Shown here piece after piece: positions 1 to 10,400 of a stretch of DNA of 64,000 bases. The DNA comes from Nibricoccus sp. (GTDB taxonomy: Bacteria; Verrucomicrobiota; Verrucomicrobiia; Opitutales; Opitutaceae), in assembly GCA_047602425.1 (NCBI GenBank), contig JASGHG010000001.1:2208001-2272000 (forward strand), in the 5' to 3' direction. The translations under genes were made by a program, and so were the position numbers. Position 1 is the stretch's first letter, and each line of letters starts with the position of its first letter. Under the pieces are notes generated by a model. It ran no database searches. It worked only from the letters and a program-made list of their open reading frames with translations, and was not told the origin of the DNA.

Positions 1-1081
1 GAATCACAACCGACCGAAAGGAACCAAGAAACAAGTAAATCACGACGACTACGATCAACATCGCCTCGACCAGCGTGTGCATGACTTCAGAGATGGAGTC
101 ATTGATGAAAGCCGTGGCGTCGTAGAGCACGTTACCCTCCAGCCCTGCGGGAAATTGACTCACTAAATCAGGCCACATCGCACGCACACGTTTGATGACG
201 TCGATCGCGTTGGCTGTCGGCAGTACGCTGATGCTCATGCCCGTGGCATTGAGCCCGTTGAAGGTGAGCGCCGAGCCATAGTCTTCCGCGCCGAGCACCA
301 CTTCCGCGATGTCCCCCAGCCGAACCACGCGACCTTCCTTTTCAAGAATGACCATGTTGCGGAATTCTTCGGCGGAATGGAGATCCGTTTTTGCCGTGAG
401 GTTCACGGAAATCATCGAGCCTTTCGTCTGGCCTACGGCGGACAAATAATTTTGCGAGGCAAGCTTCGCGCGCACCGCCGCCGCGCTCAAGCCAAGCGCC
501 GCCATGCGGTCGTCTTTCAGCCAGATGCGCATGGCAAAGGTGCGTCCGCCGAGAATATCGACCTTCTGCACGCCCTCGACAGTCGAGAGCTTTGGCTGAA
601 CCACGCGAACGAGGTAATCGGTGATCTGATTCGAAGCCAACGTCTGGCTGGCAAAACTCAGGTACATCGACGCGGTCGTTTCGCCCACAGAAACGTCAAA
701 AACCGGATCTTCCGCCGCGGAGGGCAATTCGCTGCGCACACGATTCACCTTCGACGTGATTTGGGTCAGCGCGTCGTTTGGATCATAGTTGAGACGAAGC
801 TTGGCAGTAATGATTGAAACGTTGGAGGCGCTGACGGATTCGACGTAATCGAGACCGTCGGCCGAAGCGATTTCGCGCTCCAGCGGTGTCGTGATATAGC
901 CGCGCACCAAATCCGCGCTCGCTCCCGGATAGGCCGTGGTCACTTTCACCACCGCGTTGTTGGTTTGCGGATACTGACGGATGACCATCGATTTGAAGGC
1001 CAGCCAACCACCCAACAGAAGGAAAAGGTTGACCACCGTCGCGAGGATGGGACGGCGGATGAAAAGGTCGGTGAAACGCAT
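1..1081 (-). CDS. RND efflux permease (AcrB/MexI-MexW type), 5' part; runs off the window start
   Basis: Not in the ORF track. Manual translation from ATG 1081: MRFTDLFIRRPILATVVNLFLLLGG...RQYPQTNNAVVKVTTAYPGASADLVRGYITTPLE, a typical HAE1 RND N-terminus; follows the MFP gene. Confidence 0.93.
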   Translation of the reverse strand, partial: MRFTDLFIRRPILATVVNLFLLLGGWLAFKSMVIRQYPQTNNAVVKVTTAYPGASADLVRGYITTPLEREIASADGLDYVESVSASNVSIITAKLRLNYDPNDALTQITSKVNRVRSELPSAAEDPVFDVSVGETTASMYLSFASQTLASNQITDYLVRVVQPKLSTVEGVQKVDILGGRTFAMRIWLKDDRMAALGLSAAAVRAKLASQNYLSAVGQTKGSMISVNLTAKTDLHSAEEFRNMVILEKEGRVVRLGDIAEVVLGAEDYGSALTFNGLNATGMSISVLPTANAIDVIKRVRAMWPDLVSQFPAGLEGNVLYDATAFINDSISEVMHTLVEAMLIVVVVIYLFLGSFRSVVI

Positions 1082-1092
1082 GGTGCCTCCGC

Positions 1093-2193
1093 TCAGCTTT
1101 CGTGGGGTTTGGGTGCGGGATTGGCCTCGGGGGCGACCGAATTATCCACTTTTACCGCCGCGCCGTTGCGCAGTTTAATCTGGCCAGCCGTGACAACTTG
1201 TTCGCCGGTCTTCAGGCCCTCAAGAACAAGAATTAAATCACCCCGGGAAGCGCCGGTTTTGATAAAACGCTGCTTCACGACGTTGTTTTCGATCACGTAG
1301 ACAGTTTCGCCATAGGGATTGTGCACCACCGCTGTCGCGGGCAGCACCATCGCATGTTCCGTTGGCGGCAACATCACTTCGACCTTCACATACATGCCAG
1401 GACGTAACGCTTCGTCCTTGTTTTCCAAGGTCGCACGGACATCGACGCTCCGTGTGGCGTCGGCGACCCGCGGGCTGATCGCCGTGATCTTCGCCGCAAA
1501 AACGCGGTCCGGGTAGGCGTCCACGCTTAATTGCACTGCTTGGTCGACAGCCAGTCGGCTTACTTCCTGTTGCGGCAACGAGAAATCCACATGGATCGGG
1601 TTGATGCACTCCAGCACAACCAACGCGTCGCCCTTGGAGAGGAACTGGCCCGGGTAAACTTTCACAATACCAAGCCGCCCGGCAAAAGGCGCCACGATAT
1701 GTTTCTTTGCAATGGTTACCCTCAACTGGGCCACCGCCGCCTTCGTCTGTGTCGAAACCGCCTCGGCCGCGTCGAGATCGGAAGGTGTATTAGTGCCGTT
1801 CGTCCGCAACTCGCGCGCACGCGTGAGATTCCTTTCCGCCAATGTCGCCTGCGCCTCAAGACCGCGCAATTGCGCCTCTTCGCTCGCCGTGTCCAACACG
1901 ACAATGGCATCACCCTGCGCGACCACCGCTCCGGACTGCGCTACCACTTCGCGCACCAATCCATCCAACTCGGTCTTGATCGTGATGCCTTGAAAACTCG
2001 TCAACGACGCCACTGCGGTAAGGGTGTTAGGCCACGTTTGCTCAACCACGGCAGCCGCACTAACCGTGGCAGGCGGCTGAGCGCGGCCAGACATCGCGGC
2101 CATCATCTTGCGGATGGTATAAAACTTGTAGCCAAAGATCGCGCTGAAGGCGGCCAGCGCAATCAAGGTGGTGAGGGCAATGCGTTTTTTCAT
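1093..2193 (-). CDS. RND efflux periplasmic adaptor (membrane fusion protein)
   Basis: N-terminal TM, helical hairpin, IVAPFAGRLG and LRPGMYVKV motifs; start taken at MKKRIA. Confidence 0.93.
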   Translation of the reverse strand: MKKRIALTTLIALAAFSAIFGYKFYTIRKMMAAMSGRAQPPATVSAAAVVEQTWPNTLTAVASLTSFQGITIKTELDGLVREVVAQSGAVVAQGDAIVVLDTASEEAQLRGLEAQATLAERNLTRARELRTNGTNTPSDLDAAEAVSTQTKAAVAQLRVTIAKKHIVAPFAGRLGIVKVYPGQFLSKGDALVVLECINPIHVDFSLPQQEVSRLAVDQAVQLSVDAYPDRVFAAKITAISPRVADATRSVDVRATLENKDEALRPGMYVKVEVMLPPTEHAMVLPATAVVHNPYGETVYVIENNVVKQRFIKTGASRGDLILVLEGLKTGEQVVTAGQIKLRNGAAVKVDNSVAPEANPAPKPHES

Positions 2194-2249
2194 GATCAAA
2201 TTTTTCGTCGTTGGCTAAGTCTACTCGTTCGGGCAGGAGAGGCCGTGGG

Positions 2250-2822
2250 TTAATTCGCAGGCAGTGCCTCCGCTCGCTGGCGCAATTTCAGGCAGACTTC
2301 GGCAAAAACCTTGTGCTGCGCGGGCTTCAAACTTTCAGCCAAAACACTCGCCGCTTTGAGGAAGTGCCGGATCGCATTCGCCGCAATTTCCCGGCCATCG
2401 TCGGTCAAAAAGACCCGCACAACGCGACGGTCCGTGGCGAGGCGTTCGCGTCTCACCCAGCCATGTTTTTCCATCTGGTCCAATGTATCTGTCATGGCGG
2501 TACGCGTGATTTCCACGTGATATGCCAGATTCGCCGGACAGGACGGCACGGGATCGAGCGTGTAAAGTGTAACGAGGCTCAGAAATCGCGCCTCCGACAT
2601 TCCCAGCGGTTTCATGATGCGTTGCAAACCGTGTCTCACCGCCCGGCCGGCCGAAAGCAGCAGCAAGGTGGCCGCGCACGAAGACGGTTCACCAACGCCG
2701 CTCTGCCGGGCGATACACAACAAGCGTTGGAGCGGCATCGATGCCGCATCGTCGGAAAAAAGTCCGGCATCGTACACCGTTGGCGCGGACAATCTGGCCT
2801 TGGTTTTGTCGCGGGAGCCCAT
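2250..2822 (-). CDS. MarR-family transcriptional regulator
   Basis: wHTH with TRTAMTDTLDQMEKHGWVRRERLATDRRVVRVFLTDDG; upstream of efflux genes. Confidence 0.9.
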   Translation of the reverse strand: MGSRDKTKARLSAPTVYDAGLFSDDAASMPLQRLLCIARQSGVGEPSSCAATLLLLSAGRAVRHGLQRIMKPLGMSEARFLSLVTLYTLDPVPSCPANLAYHVEITRTAMTDTLDQMEKHGWVRRERLATDRRVVRVFLTDDGREIAANAIRHFLKAASVLAESLKPAQHKVFAEVCLKLRQRAEALPAN

Positions 2823-2828
2823 GGCAAA

Positions 2829-2933
2829 TCATTCGTGACGGGATCCTTTGTCCCTTGGGGTTGTATCGACAGCGATGAGCAAGATCATCGCCAAAATTAT
2901 CAGGATCACGACAATCATGCTAATTTCCTCCAT
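2829..2933 (-). CDS. Putative 34-aa single-transmembrane small protein
   Basis: MEEISMIVVILIILAMILLIAVDTTPRDKGSRHE*; SD-like GGAGAGGGG before the first ATG and GGAGG before the second Met; stop lies a few nt before the marR ATG. Confidence 0.55.
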   Translation of the reverse strand: MEEISMIVVILIILAMILLIAVDTTPRDKGSRHE

Positions 2934-3187
2934 CGGGCCAACCCCTCTCCATGCATCTCGCTTTTGCCTACACTCCTCGGCGGAGAAACGAAAACATCGA
3001 TTTCAAAAGTGGCAGGCATGGGCGCAGTTTAGCCGCATCGTCGAGGGACGTGAAATGCCAAGAGTGTCGTGCACTTATACCAAAAAGGCATAGCCGCGTC
3101 GCAGCCGTAACCTGCCTAAATAAAGACTCGTCACAAATTTTGCGTTCGGGCAGACAACCGTTTCTCACCGCACAGCAGTCTCTACCA

Positions 3188-4600
3188 ATGAATTCCCTCA
3201 AAATCGTTCGCGCCAGCGCCCTCTGCCTGGCTTCCTTGTTTCTTTCCCTGCAAGTCTCTGCAGTCGGGCCCTATCGCAACCGCGATAACCCCAATCCCAA
3301 CGACGAAGGCGAGGGCACTTACCCCATTCCCTACCAGCTGCCCACCGCCGCGGAAATCACCGAACAGTTGCAACGTGTCCATGGTTATCTGGTGCGCCAC
3401 ACACCTCCAATCGTGGTCGATTCAAGCAATGGGCAGCCGATCAAGGATTTTACCAACCCAGTCGCCACCGCCACGCTCGAGCGCACCGACTCCGGTTTCT
3501 ACCTGCTCGCCTATGAGATGGGCGTCGTCTACACCGGCATGCTCAAAGCCACCGCCGTGACGGGCGATCCGCGGTTCAACGAATACACGCGCGCCCGTTT
3601 CCAATTCATCGCGGACAAGACTCCTTATTTCCGCGCCCAACAGGAAAAATTCAATCTGGGCCGCCGCAACGCCTTCCGCGGTGTCCTCGAACCCCTCGCG
3701 CTCGACGACTGCGGCGCCATGCTCGCCGCCATCGTCAGGGGCCAAATCGCCAAGGTCGGCCCTTTACAACCGGCTCTTATCGACACGTGGAGCAACTATA
3801 TTGCACGCGGGCAATTTCGCCTCTCGGATGGCACCCTCGCCCGCCAGCGTCCACAGGCCGAGTCGATCTGGGCCGACGATTTCTACATGTGCGTTCCCGC
3901 CCTCGCCGAGATGGGCCGGCTCACTGGCGATACAAAATGGTTCGACGATGCCGTTAAAAACGTCCTCCAGATGTCGGCGCGCCTTTTCAACAAGGAACGC
4001 GGCATCTATACCCATGGCTGGAACGCGCACAACCCCGACGCTCCGCAATTTTATTGGGGAAGGGCCAATGGTTGGGCCGTGCTCGCCATCGCCGATTTGC
4101 TCGATGTTTTGCCGAAACAACATCCCGGCTACGAACCCGTGCTCGCACAGTACCGGGCGTTGATTCGTGGCGTTTGCCAGTACCAATCCGGCGCAGGAAT
4201 GTGGCACCAACTTCTTGATCGAAATGATTCCTACCTGGAAACGTCGGCCACTGCGATGTTCGTGTACGGTATAGCGCACGGCATCAATCAGGGTTGGATC
4301 AGTCCCACGACCTATGGTTCGATCGCGCAGGCGGGTTGGGCCGCTCTGACGACCAAAATCACCAAGGAAGGCGCTGTCGATGGCACCTGTGTCGGCACCA
4401 CTTTTGCGAGCGATGCTGCGTACTACTACGCCCGCCCGGCTAACACCGAAGCCCTTCATGGTTATGGTCCGGTTCTGCTCGCCGGAGCGGAAATGATCCA
4501 GCTCCTTAAGAACCCCGCCTTCGAAATCCAGGTCAAACTCCGGACCTATCACTACGTCCCAAAAGCCGGCGGCAAAACCGACTATCGCGAGCACCAATAA
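3188..4600 (+). CDS. Secreted GH105/GH88-family unsaturated glycuronyl/rhamnogalacturonyl hydrolase
   Basis: Signal peptide from ATG 3188; LDDCG, WADDFYM, WGRANGW, GMWHQLLD, YLETSATAMF motifs. Confidence 0.88.
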   Translation: MNSLKIVRASALCLASLFLSLQVSAVGPYRNRDNPNPNDEGEGTYPIPYQLPTAAEITEQLQRVHGYLVRHTPPIVVDSSNGQPIKDFTNPVATATLERTDSGFYLLAYEMGVVYTGMLKATAVTGDPRFNEYTRARFQFIADKTPYFRAQQEKFNLGRRNAFRGVLEPLALDDCGAMLAAIVRGQIAKVGPLQPALIDTWSNYIARGQFRLSDGTLARQRPQAESIWADDFYMCVPALAEMGRLTGDTKWFDDAVKNVLQMSARLFNKERGIYTHGWNAHNPDAPQFYWGRANGWAVLAIADLLDVLPKQHPGYEPVLAQYRALIRGVCQYQSGAGMWHQLLDRNDSYLETSATAMFVYGIAHGINQGWISPTTYGSIAQAGWAALTTKITKEGAVDGTCVGTTFASDAAYYYARPANTEALHGYGPVLLAGAEMIQLLKNPAFEIQVKLRTYHYVPKAGGKTDYREHQ

Positions 4601-4627
4601 GTAAACTACAGATCACCCAACTTTCTC

Positions 4628-4653
4628 AGGCCGCGCCAACTCGCGGCCTTTTT
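4628..4653 (+). terminator. Intrinsic terminator after GH105
   Basis: AGGCCGCG-ccaact-CGCGGCCT followed by a T run. Confidence 0.75.
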
Positions 4654-4821
4654 CATGCACTGGTGGCGAAGTTTACCAGATAGGGGACGTCTTGCTATTC
4701 GATGGTTCGGTTCCCTCGGGCTCGGCCGAAGTTTGTTATCGAAGTCTCAAAGAGCGTCAGAAATGAGCAAATGGCGCCTTCACGCACGGCTGTCGTCGAG
4801 ACTGTTTCGGCTCCGTCCTAG

Positions 4822-5763
4822 TCACTTTTCTGTGGCTGGAGCCGTCTTTGTCTTTTCCGAGGAATCGACGGCATCGTCCATGGTGACGGTTCGAGTTTCA
4901 CCGAGCTCTACCTTGCCCTTGCGTGAAACCCTTTTGTCGATAATTGATGGCTCGGACATCCAACGTCCGAAGTACTTCGACCCACTGGCGGCAAGGGCGG
5001 TCGAGGTCTCAGCTAACGACACCCCTTGAGCCGGCGTACTTATTTTTGTCCGCCAGAGCAGCCTGGCTTCGTCACGGTCGTAGGCGACCTTGTCGTAAGC
5101 CGAGATCACGACGAAATAGCAATCGTTTATCACCTGCTCCATCAGCACGCGGTTCTTGTCGTTGCGGATGGAGAAAAGATATACCGGATTCAGCAGGTTG
5201 ATGTCGGCGCCTCGGGCCGAGTAGTCGGCTTCCTGCTGGGCCTCCATCACCTCTTTCAGTTCCTCGGCAAATTTTTTTCCGCCGACGAGCACGGCGCGCG
5301 AAATCGTATTGCTCACTCCGTAACTGCCGAGCCGGTTGTGTTCGCCCCAAACCAATAGAAGAACCTGGGTCGCGGGATGCTCATCGGTGCCCTCCAAATA
5401 GCTGGCTAGCGCGAGCGATTTTTTCACCTCCTGCACCAAGCTTTCCTGCGAAAGCGTGTTTTCCTGCGACTCACCTTCACCTTCCATGTGATAGCCCGTG
5501 ATCTTGAGCAGGTAGTAAGTTGGATTGGACGGCGTGGGAGGCACCAGCCGCTTGCCCTCCTCGGTGGCCTCGGTGATGACCGAAATACCGAGAGCCGGCT
5601 TCGCTTGGAATGCCTTCGGCAGGAGGCTGAAGACGAAGGCCTTCTTCATCGGCTCGGCCTTCATGGGCGGTTGTTCTATGGCCAGTCCTTCGGCGTTCAG
5701 GATGCTTTGGCCCAAGACCAGTGTTAGGCTAACGGCCATCGTTCTGAAAAGAAGGGCGAGCAT
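4822..5763 (-). CDS. Secreted hypothetical protein, paralog of the upstream gene
   Basis: Signal-peptide-like N-terminus; shares FSLLPKAFQ, VITEATEEGK, VxSAYD, LLWRTK and VELGETRT with the neighbour; start uncertain (ORF open to 5811). Confidence 0.75.
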   Translation of the reverse strand: MLALLFRTMAVSLTLVLGQSILNAEGLAIEQPPMKAEPMKKAFVFSLLPKAFQAKPALGISVITEATEEGKRLVPPTPSNPTYYLLKITGYHMEGEGESQENTLSQESLVQEVKKSLALASYLEGTDEHPATQVLLLVWGEHNRLGSYGVSNTISRAVLVGGKKFAEELKEVMEAQQEADYSARGADINLLNPVYLFSIRNDKNRVLMEQVINDCYFVVISAYDKVAYDRDEARLLWRTKISTPAQGVSLAETSTALAASGSKYFGRWMSEPSIIDKRVSRKGKVELGETRTVTMDDAVDSSEKTKTAPATEK

Positions 5764-5807
5764 TTTGGACTTTGGCCGGCTAGCGCAGAAAGGCACTTCG
5801 GAGAAGC

Positions 5808-6770
5808 TCACTTTTTCCCGGTCGTCGGCACGTTTTTCTTTTCCGGTTCGCCGACAGGTTCATCCATGCTGATGGTTCGGGTTTCGCCAAGCTCCACCCT
5901 GCCGTTGCGCGAGATCCTTTTATCGACAATCGCTGGTTCGGTCATCCAGCGGCCAAAAAACGGCCCACCGCCCGCCACGAGCGCCGAAGAGCTTTCGGCG
6001 AGGGAAATACCGGCGGCAGCCGTGGTCATCTTTGTACGCCAGAGCAGTTTTTTCTCACCATGGGCAAAGGAAGCGAGGTCGTAGGCAGAGACTACAACAT
6101 AGTAGCAGTCGTCCACGATTTGGTGCATGAGAGCACGGTTTCTGTCCGAGCGGATCATGAGCCGGTAAACCGGGTTCAGCATTATGTCGCCGCTAGCCGA
6201 GTTGGATTGTTCTTCGATCGCAGCGGCCAATTCCTCGGCGAATTGCTTGCCACCGACAAGAGCGGCTCGTGAAAGGAGGTTCCGGTAGCCTATGTCTTCC
6301 TGTCCACCCATCTCGGAGGCCGGATCGTCCTCGGCCAGCTTGTTGTGCGTACCCCAAACAAAGAAAAGCACCAAAGATGGCGGGTGATCTTTGTCCGCTT
6401 CGAGGTAACCGCCCTCCACGAGGGATTTTTTCAGCTGTTTTTCCAGATGTTCGACCGAGAGCGTTTTGTCCTGATCCTTGCCATGGCCTTCGTGATGATA
6501 GCCAGATGCCACCGCCTGGTAATATGCCGGCTTGCCGGTTGTTGGTGGTTTCAGTTTTTTGCCCTCCTCCGTCGCCTCCGTGATCACTGTGATACTTAGC
6601 TCAGGATTGCTTTGAAAGGCCTTGGGAAGGAGAGAAAACACCGCCGTTTTTTTCAATGGTGGCGGCTTCAGCGGAGCTTGTCCGTCCTCCACCCCGGCCC
6701 CCGAGGTCAGAATAATGCTACCGATGAAAATGAAGCCGGACGTGAGTATTTTGATGGATATTAATTTCAT
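5808..6770 (-). CDS. Secreted hypothetical protein, paralog of the downstream gene
   Basis: Same motifs as the neighbour; start taken at MKLISIK (ORF open to 6797). Confidence 0.75.
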   Translation of the reverse strand: MKLISIKILTSGFIFIGSIILTSGAGVEDGQAPLKPPPLKKTAVFSLLPKAFQSNPELSITVITEATEEGKKLKPPTTGKPAYYQAVASGYHHEGHGKDQDKTLSVEHLEKQLKKSLVEGGYLEADKDHPPSLVLFFVWGTHNKLAEDDPASEMGGQEDIGYRNLLSRAALVGGKQFAEELAAAIEEQSNSASGDIMLNPVYRLMIRSDRNRALMHQIVDDCYYVVVSAYDLASFAHGEKKLLWRTKMTTAAAGISLAESSSALVAGGGPFFGRWMTEPAIVDKRISRNGRVELGETRTISMDEPVGEPEKKNVPTTGKK

Positions 6771-6823
6771 GGGCAGCGAAAATTTTGCATGAACCAATCG
6801 AAATCGGCCAGAGAGCGGTCGGG

Positions 6824-7444
6824 TTATTTCAAGTATTTCACCACCGCCTCAGTGCGGGAGCGGACGTGGAGTTTTTCGTAGATGTGCTTGAGATGGCTGT
6901 TCACCGTTTCGAGGCCGATGGAAAGCTTGTCCGCGATTTCCTTGGACAGGCAGCCAACGATGAGCAATTGCATGATTTCCTCCTCGCGACGGGTTAGCTT
7001 TTCGCTGGCCGGGGCCGAGGGTCGCCGGAAGGAAGCGATCACCTTGCGCGCCACCTCCCCGGTCATGGGCACGCCACCTTCGCGTACCTCCTGGATGGCC
7101 TTCACGAGGTTCTGTGCGGCGGTGCGCTTGAGCAGGTAACCGCTGGCGCCCGCTTCGAGCGCACGGTAAATCTGCTCGGTATCCTCGTGCACCGTGAACA
7201 TGATGATCTGAGTGTCGGGAAGCATGCGTTTGAGCTTCGTGGTCGTTTCGATGCCATTCCCATCGGGCAGCTGGATGTCCATGATGATGACATCGGGCGC
7301 AAGCTGCGGAATTTTTTGCAGGGCGGTCCGGACATTGCGGCAGACGCAAACGCAGGAAAGCGCGGGTTGTTGCTCGGCGATGATCTGCTCAAGTTCTTCG
7401 CAGATGCCGGCGTTGTCTTCGACGAGGGCGACAGTGGTGGGCAT
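6824..7444 (-). CDS. NarL/LuxR-family response regulator
   Basis: REC (LVEDN, IMDIQLP, GASGYLLK) plus LuxR HTH (LTRREEEI...HIYEKLHVRSRTEAV). Confidence 0.95.
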   Translation of the reverse strand: MPTTVALVEDNAGICEELEQIIAEQQPALSCVCVCRNVRTALQKIPQLAPDVIIMDIQLPDGNGIETTTKLKRMLPDTQIIMFTVHEDTEQIYRALEAGASGYLLKRTAAQNLVKAIQEVREGGVPMTGEVARKVIASFRRPSAPASEKLTRREEEIMQLLIVGCLSKEIADKLSIGLETVNSHLKHIYEKLHVRSRTEAVVKYLK

Positions 7445-7451
7445 GAAAAGG

Positions 7452-10400
7452 TTAGCTGGTTTTTTCGAAAGGCGGGAGGGTGGATAAACGAATGGGCACC
7501 GTAAGCGTAATCTGCGTGCCCGCACCAGGCCGGCTCTCGATCGCAATGCGAGCGCCAATTTCCTCGGCCCGGGACCGCATGTTGTGGAGCCCATTGCGTT
7601 CGGAATGTTCCTTGAGGGACGGTTCGAAACCGGCGCCATTGTCCTGTATCCGAATTTCAACGACATGGTCCGCAGTCGCGAAGGCCAGGGAGAAGAGACT
7701 GGCGCGGGAATGTTTCAGTGTGTTGTTCATCGCTTCCTTGCAGATCGCCAGAACCTCGTGCTGCGCGTCGACCGCAAGCGGCAACGGCGGTATGCTTTCG
7801 GCTCCCTCGACGCGACATTCGATGCCTGTGCCTTCGAAGAAAAGCCGGGCATGGCGGCCGGCAAAGGCGGCGAGCCGATCCCAAGAATTATTTTGCGGGC
7901 TCACGGTCCAGACAATGCTTTCCAAATCGGTGGCGAGCCCTTGGGTGCGATGCACCAGCGAGCCGAGGGTTTTCTCAATCTCTTCCATGTTGCGGTGCCG
8001 GCGCAGGCGGTCGGCGAGTAATCCAATCTGCGTCAGACTGCCGCCCAGTTCGTCGTGGAGATTGCGGGCTATTCGGGCGCGTTCGCGTTCCAAAGCGTGC
8101 TCCTCTTCGAGCCGGCGCAGACGAACTTTGTATTTGCGCACCGACCAGATGCGGGCGGCGGACGCGACAATCGCCACGGACGCCGCAATAATGACCAACA
8201 GGAACCAGCGGCTCTGCCACCAGGCACTTTCAACGTGAATGAGCATGCTGACTTCCTGCTGAGCCCACGCGCCATTCTGATCGAGGGCTTGTACAACCAG
8301 ACGATAATCGCCGGCTGGCAGATAGGCATAGCGGGCGGTTCGGTCTTCACCCGCCTCGTTCCAGTCGCGATCGAACCCTTCCAATTGATACCGCAACAAC
8401 ACGTGCTTCGGATGGGAAAAATTCAGCACTGCAAACCGGAAACGAATTTTTTGCACGCCCGGCGCGATTTCCAGACGCGGCTCCGTCGCATGATGCGGTC
8501 GCTGATCAAGCGCCACTTCCTCGATGTACATGCGTGGTGGTTTCTGCGGAGCAGCCAATGCCGTGGGATTCACCCCAACCACCCCCTTGTAGAGCGTGAA
8601 CCAGAGCCGTCCGTCCGCGCCTTTCCAAGAGCGTGGTTGCCCCACGCCCGGCGCCGCCGCGTCCAGCAATCCGTCGTCTTCGCCATAGGTCGCAGCGGTA
8701 ACTCGATTTAGTTTACCATCGGCTACCGCCAAAAGGTCTTCAATTTTCACTCGAAACAAGGCGCGCCGTCCCGCCATCCACAAACAACCCGCATCGTCCT
8801 CGAGGATTTGGTCGACAAATTCGTCGGGCAAACCCTGCGCCTTCGTGAATCGCACCAGGCGTTCGCCCTGCTTGAGCACCAAACCGCCCGCTGCCGCAAT
8901 CCAGAGTGTGTCGCTGTGGTCAAAGAGCAGCGAATGGATCGGGCCGGCGCGCCACTCCTCGGGACTGATCCGCTCGACCAGATTGCCATCGACAAACTCC
9001 AGCACACGAGCCCTGAGACGTGCGTCAATCGATTCGGTCGCCGCAATCAGAATCCGCCCTTGCTGGCTCTCCGCCAACGCTTCGAAACGATAAGGCAAAT
9101 TGCCCACGCTCTGGTAGACATTGTCCTGAAAAAAGCCCAAGCCGAGGTTGGAAGCCACCCACATTCGTCCGTCGCGGCTGCCGTAGAGAAAATGAATCCC
9201 GCGTACAGAGGGCTGCACCGGTTCAAGCCGTTCCGGTACTTGCGACGTTAGTCGGTAGAGATTGGTGTTGGAGCCCATCCAAACTACTCCCTTGGTGTCG
9301 ACCGCGACGCGCGAGGCGAAAAGCCATCCGCCGGCTGTAGCACCGAACTGTTGTACTGCGCCATCTTTGTAACGTACCAGCCCGCCGGCGCGATTCGCAC
9401 ACCAGATCGCGCCCGAAGCATCTTCGCACACCGAAGAGCTGAGATCCGAGGGCAGCCCGGCGCTGGTGTTAAGGATGTCGTAGTGCATCGGACGCAGCCG
9501 ACACAATCCGTCGCCCGCGGTGCCGGCCCAAATATTGCCGTCCTCATCCTCCATTACCGACAAAATCAAGCTTGTCCCGAGAGCGACCTTGCGCAGCGCC
9601 CCATCAGCGTAGACGTGCAAACCGTCGCGGCGCGTGCCAATCCACAATCGCCCATTCGAGTCTTCGAATAAACATTGAATGCCCGCCCGCCTTCCCGGCC
9701 AAGACGAACCTTCTATCATCGCCAGTGTCCGGTCCTGCTCGACTTTGATCAAACGCTCGGCACTCGAAACCCACACGCCTCCGGAACGAGCCGATGCGAT
9801 CAACAATGCCGTGCCCAGGGAGCCGGTCGACGGCTTCCACGGCACAAGCCGGCCATCTTGATAGTATCCAAAATATTCACCCGTCGCCACCCAGGTGCGC
9901 CCGCGTCCATCGGTCGCAAATGACGCCCGATTCACTCGCCGGCCTACGCCGGCGCTCTGCCCAAAACGCTCGATTTTGCCCTTTTCCCAGCGGATGAATG
10001 ATGTCGGTTCCGCGCCAATCCAAATCACGCCACTGGGTTCGACATAAAGATCGAGCAGTGTGAGTCCGGCCAAATCCGCCGTCAGAGGGTGCAACGATGG
10101 TTGTCCCTCCTTCCATTCGACCACGCCGCCACTCGCCGGCAACGTCAGGATCGTGCCCTCGGGTGTCAAAGAAAGTCCGCGGATATTATAACCAAAATCC
10201 GGCGAATTTTCCGCGTCCCGAAATTCCTTGAAGGCCACGCTGTCAAACCGCGCCAATCCCCCCGCTGTCCCCAGCCACATATAGCCACGTCTATCCTGAA
10301 CCATCTGATTGATGAAATTATCCGGTAAACCCTGCTCAACCTGCCAGCTGCGGACGTTGTAGGTCACTTCACGAGCCGTGGCTGACGGTGAGAGCAAGCT

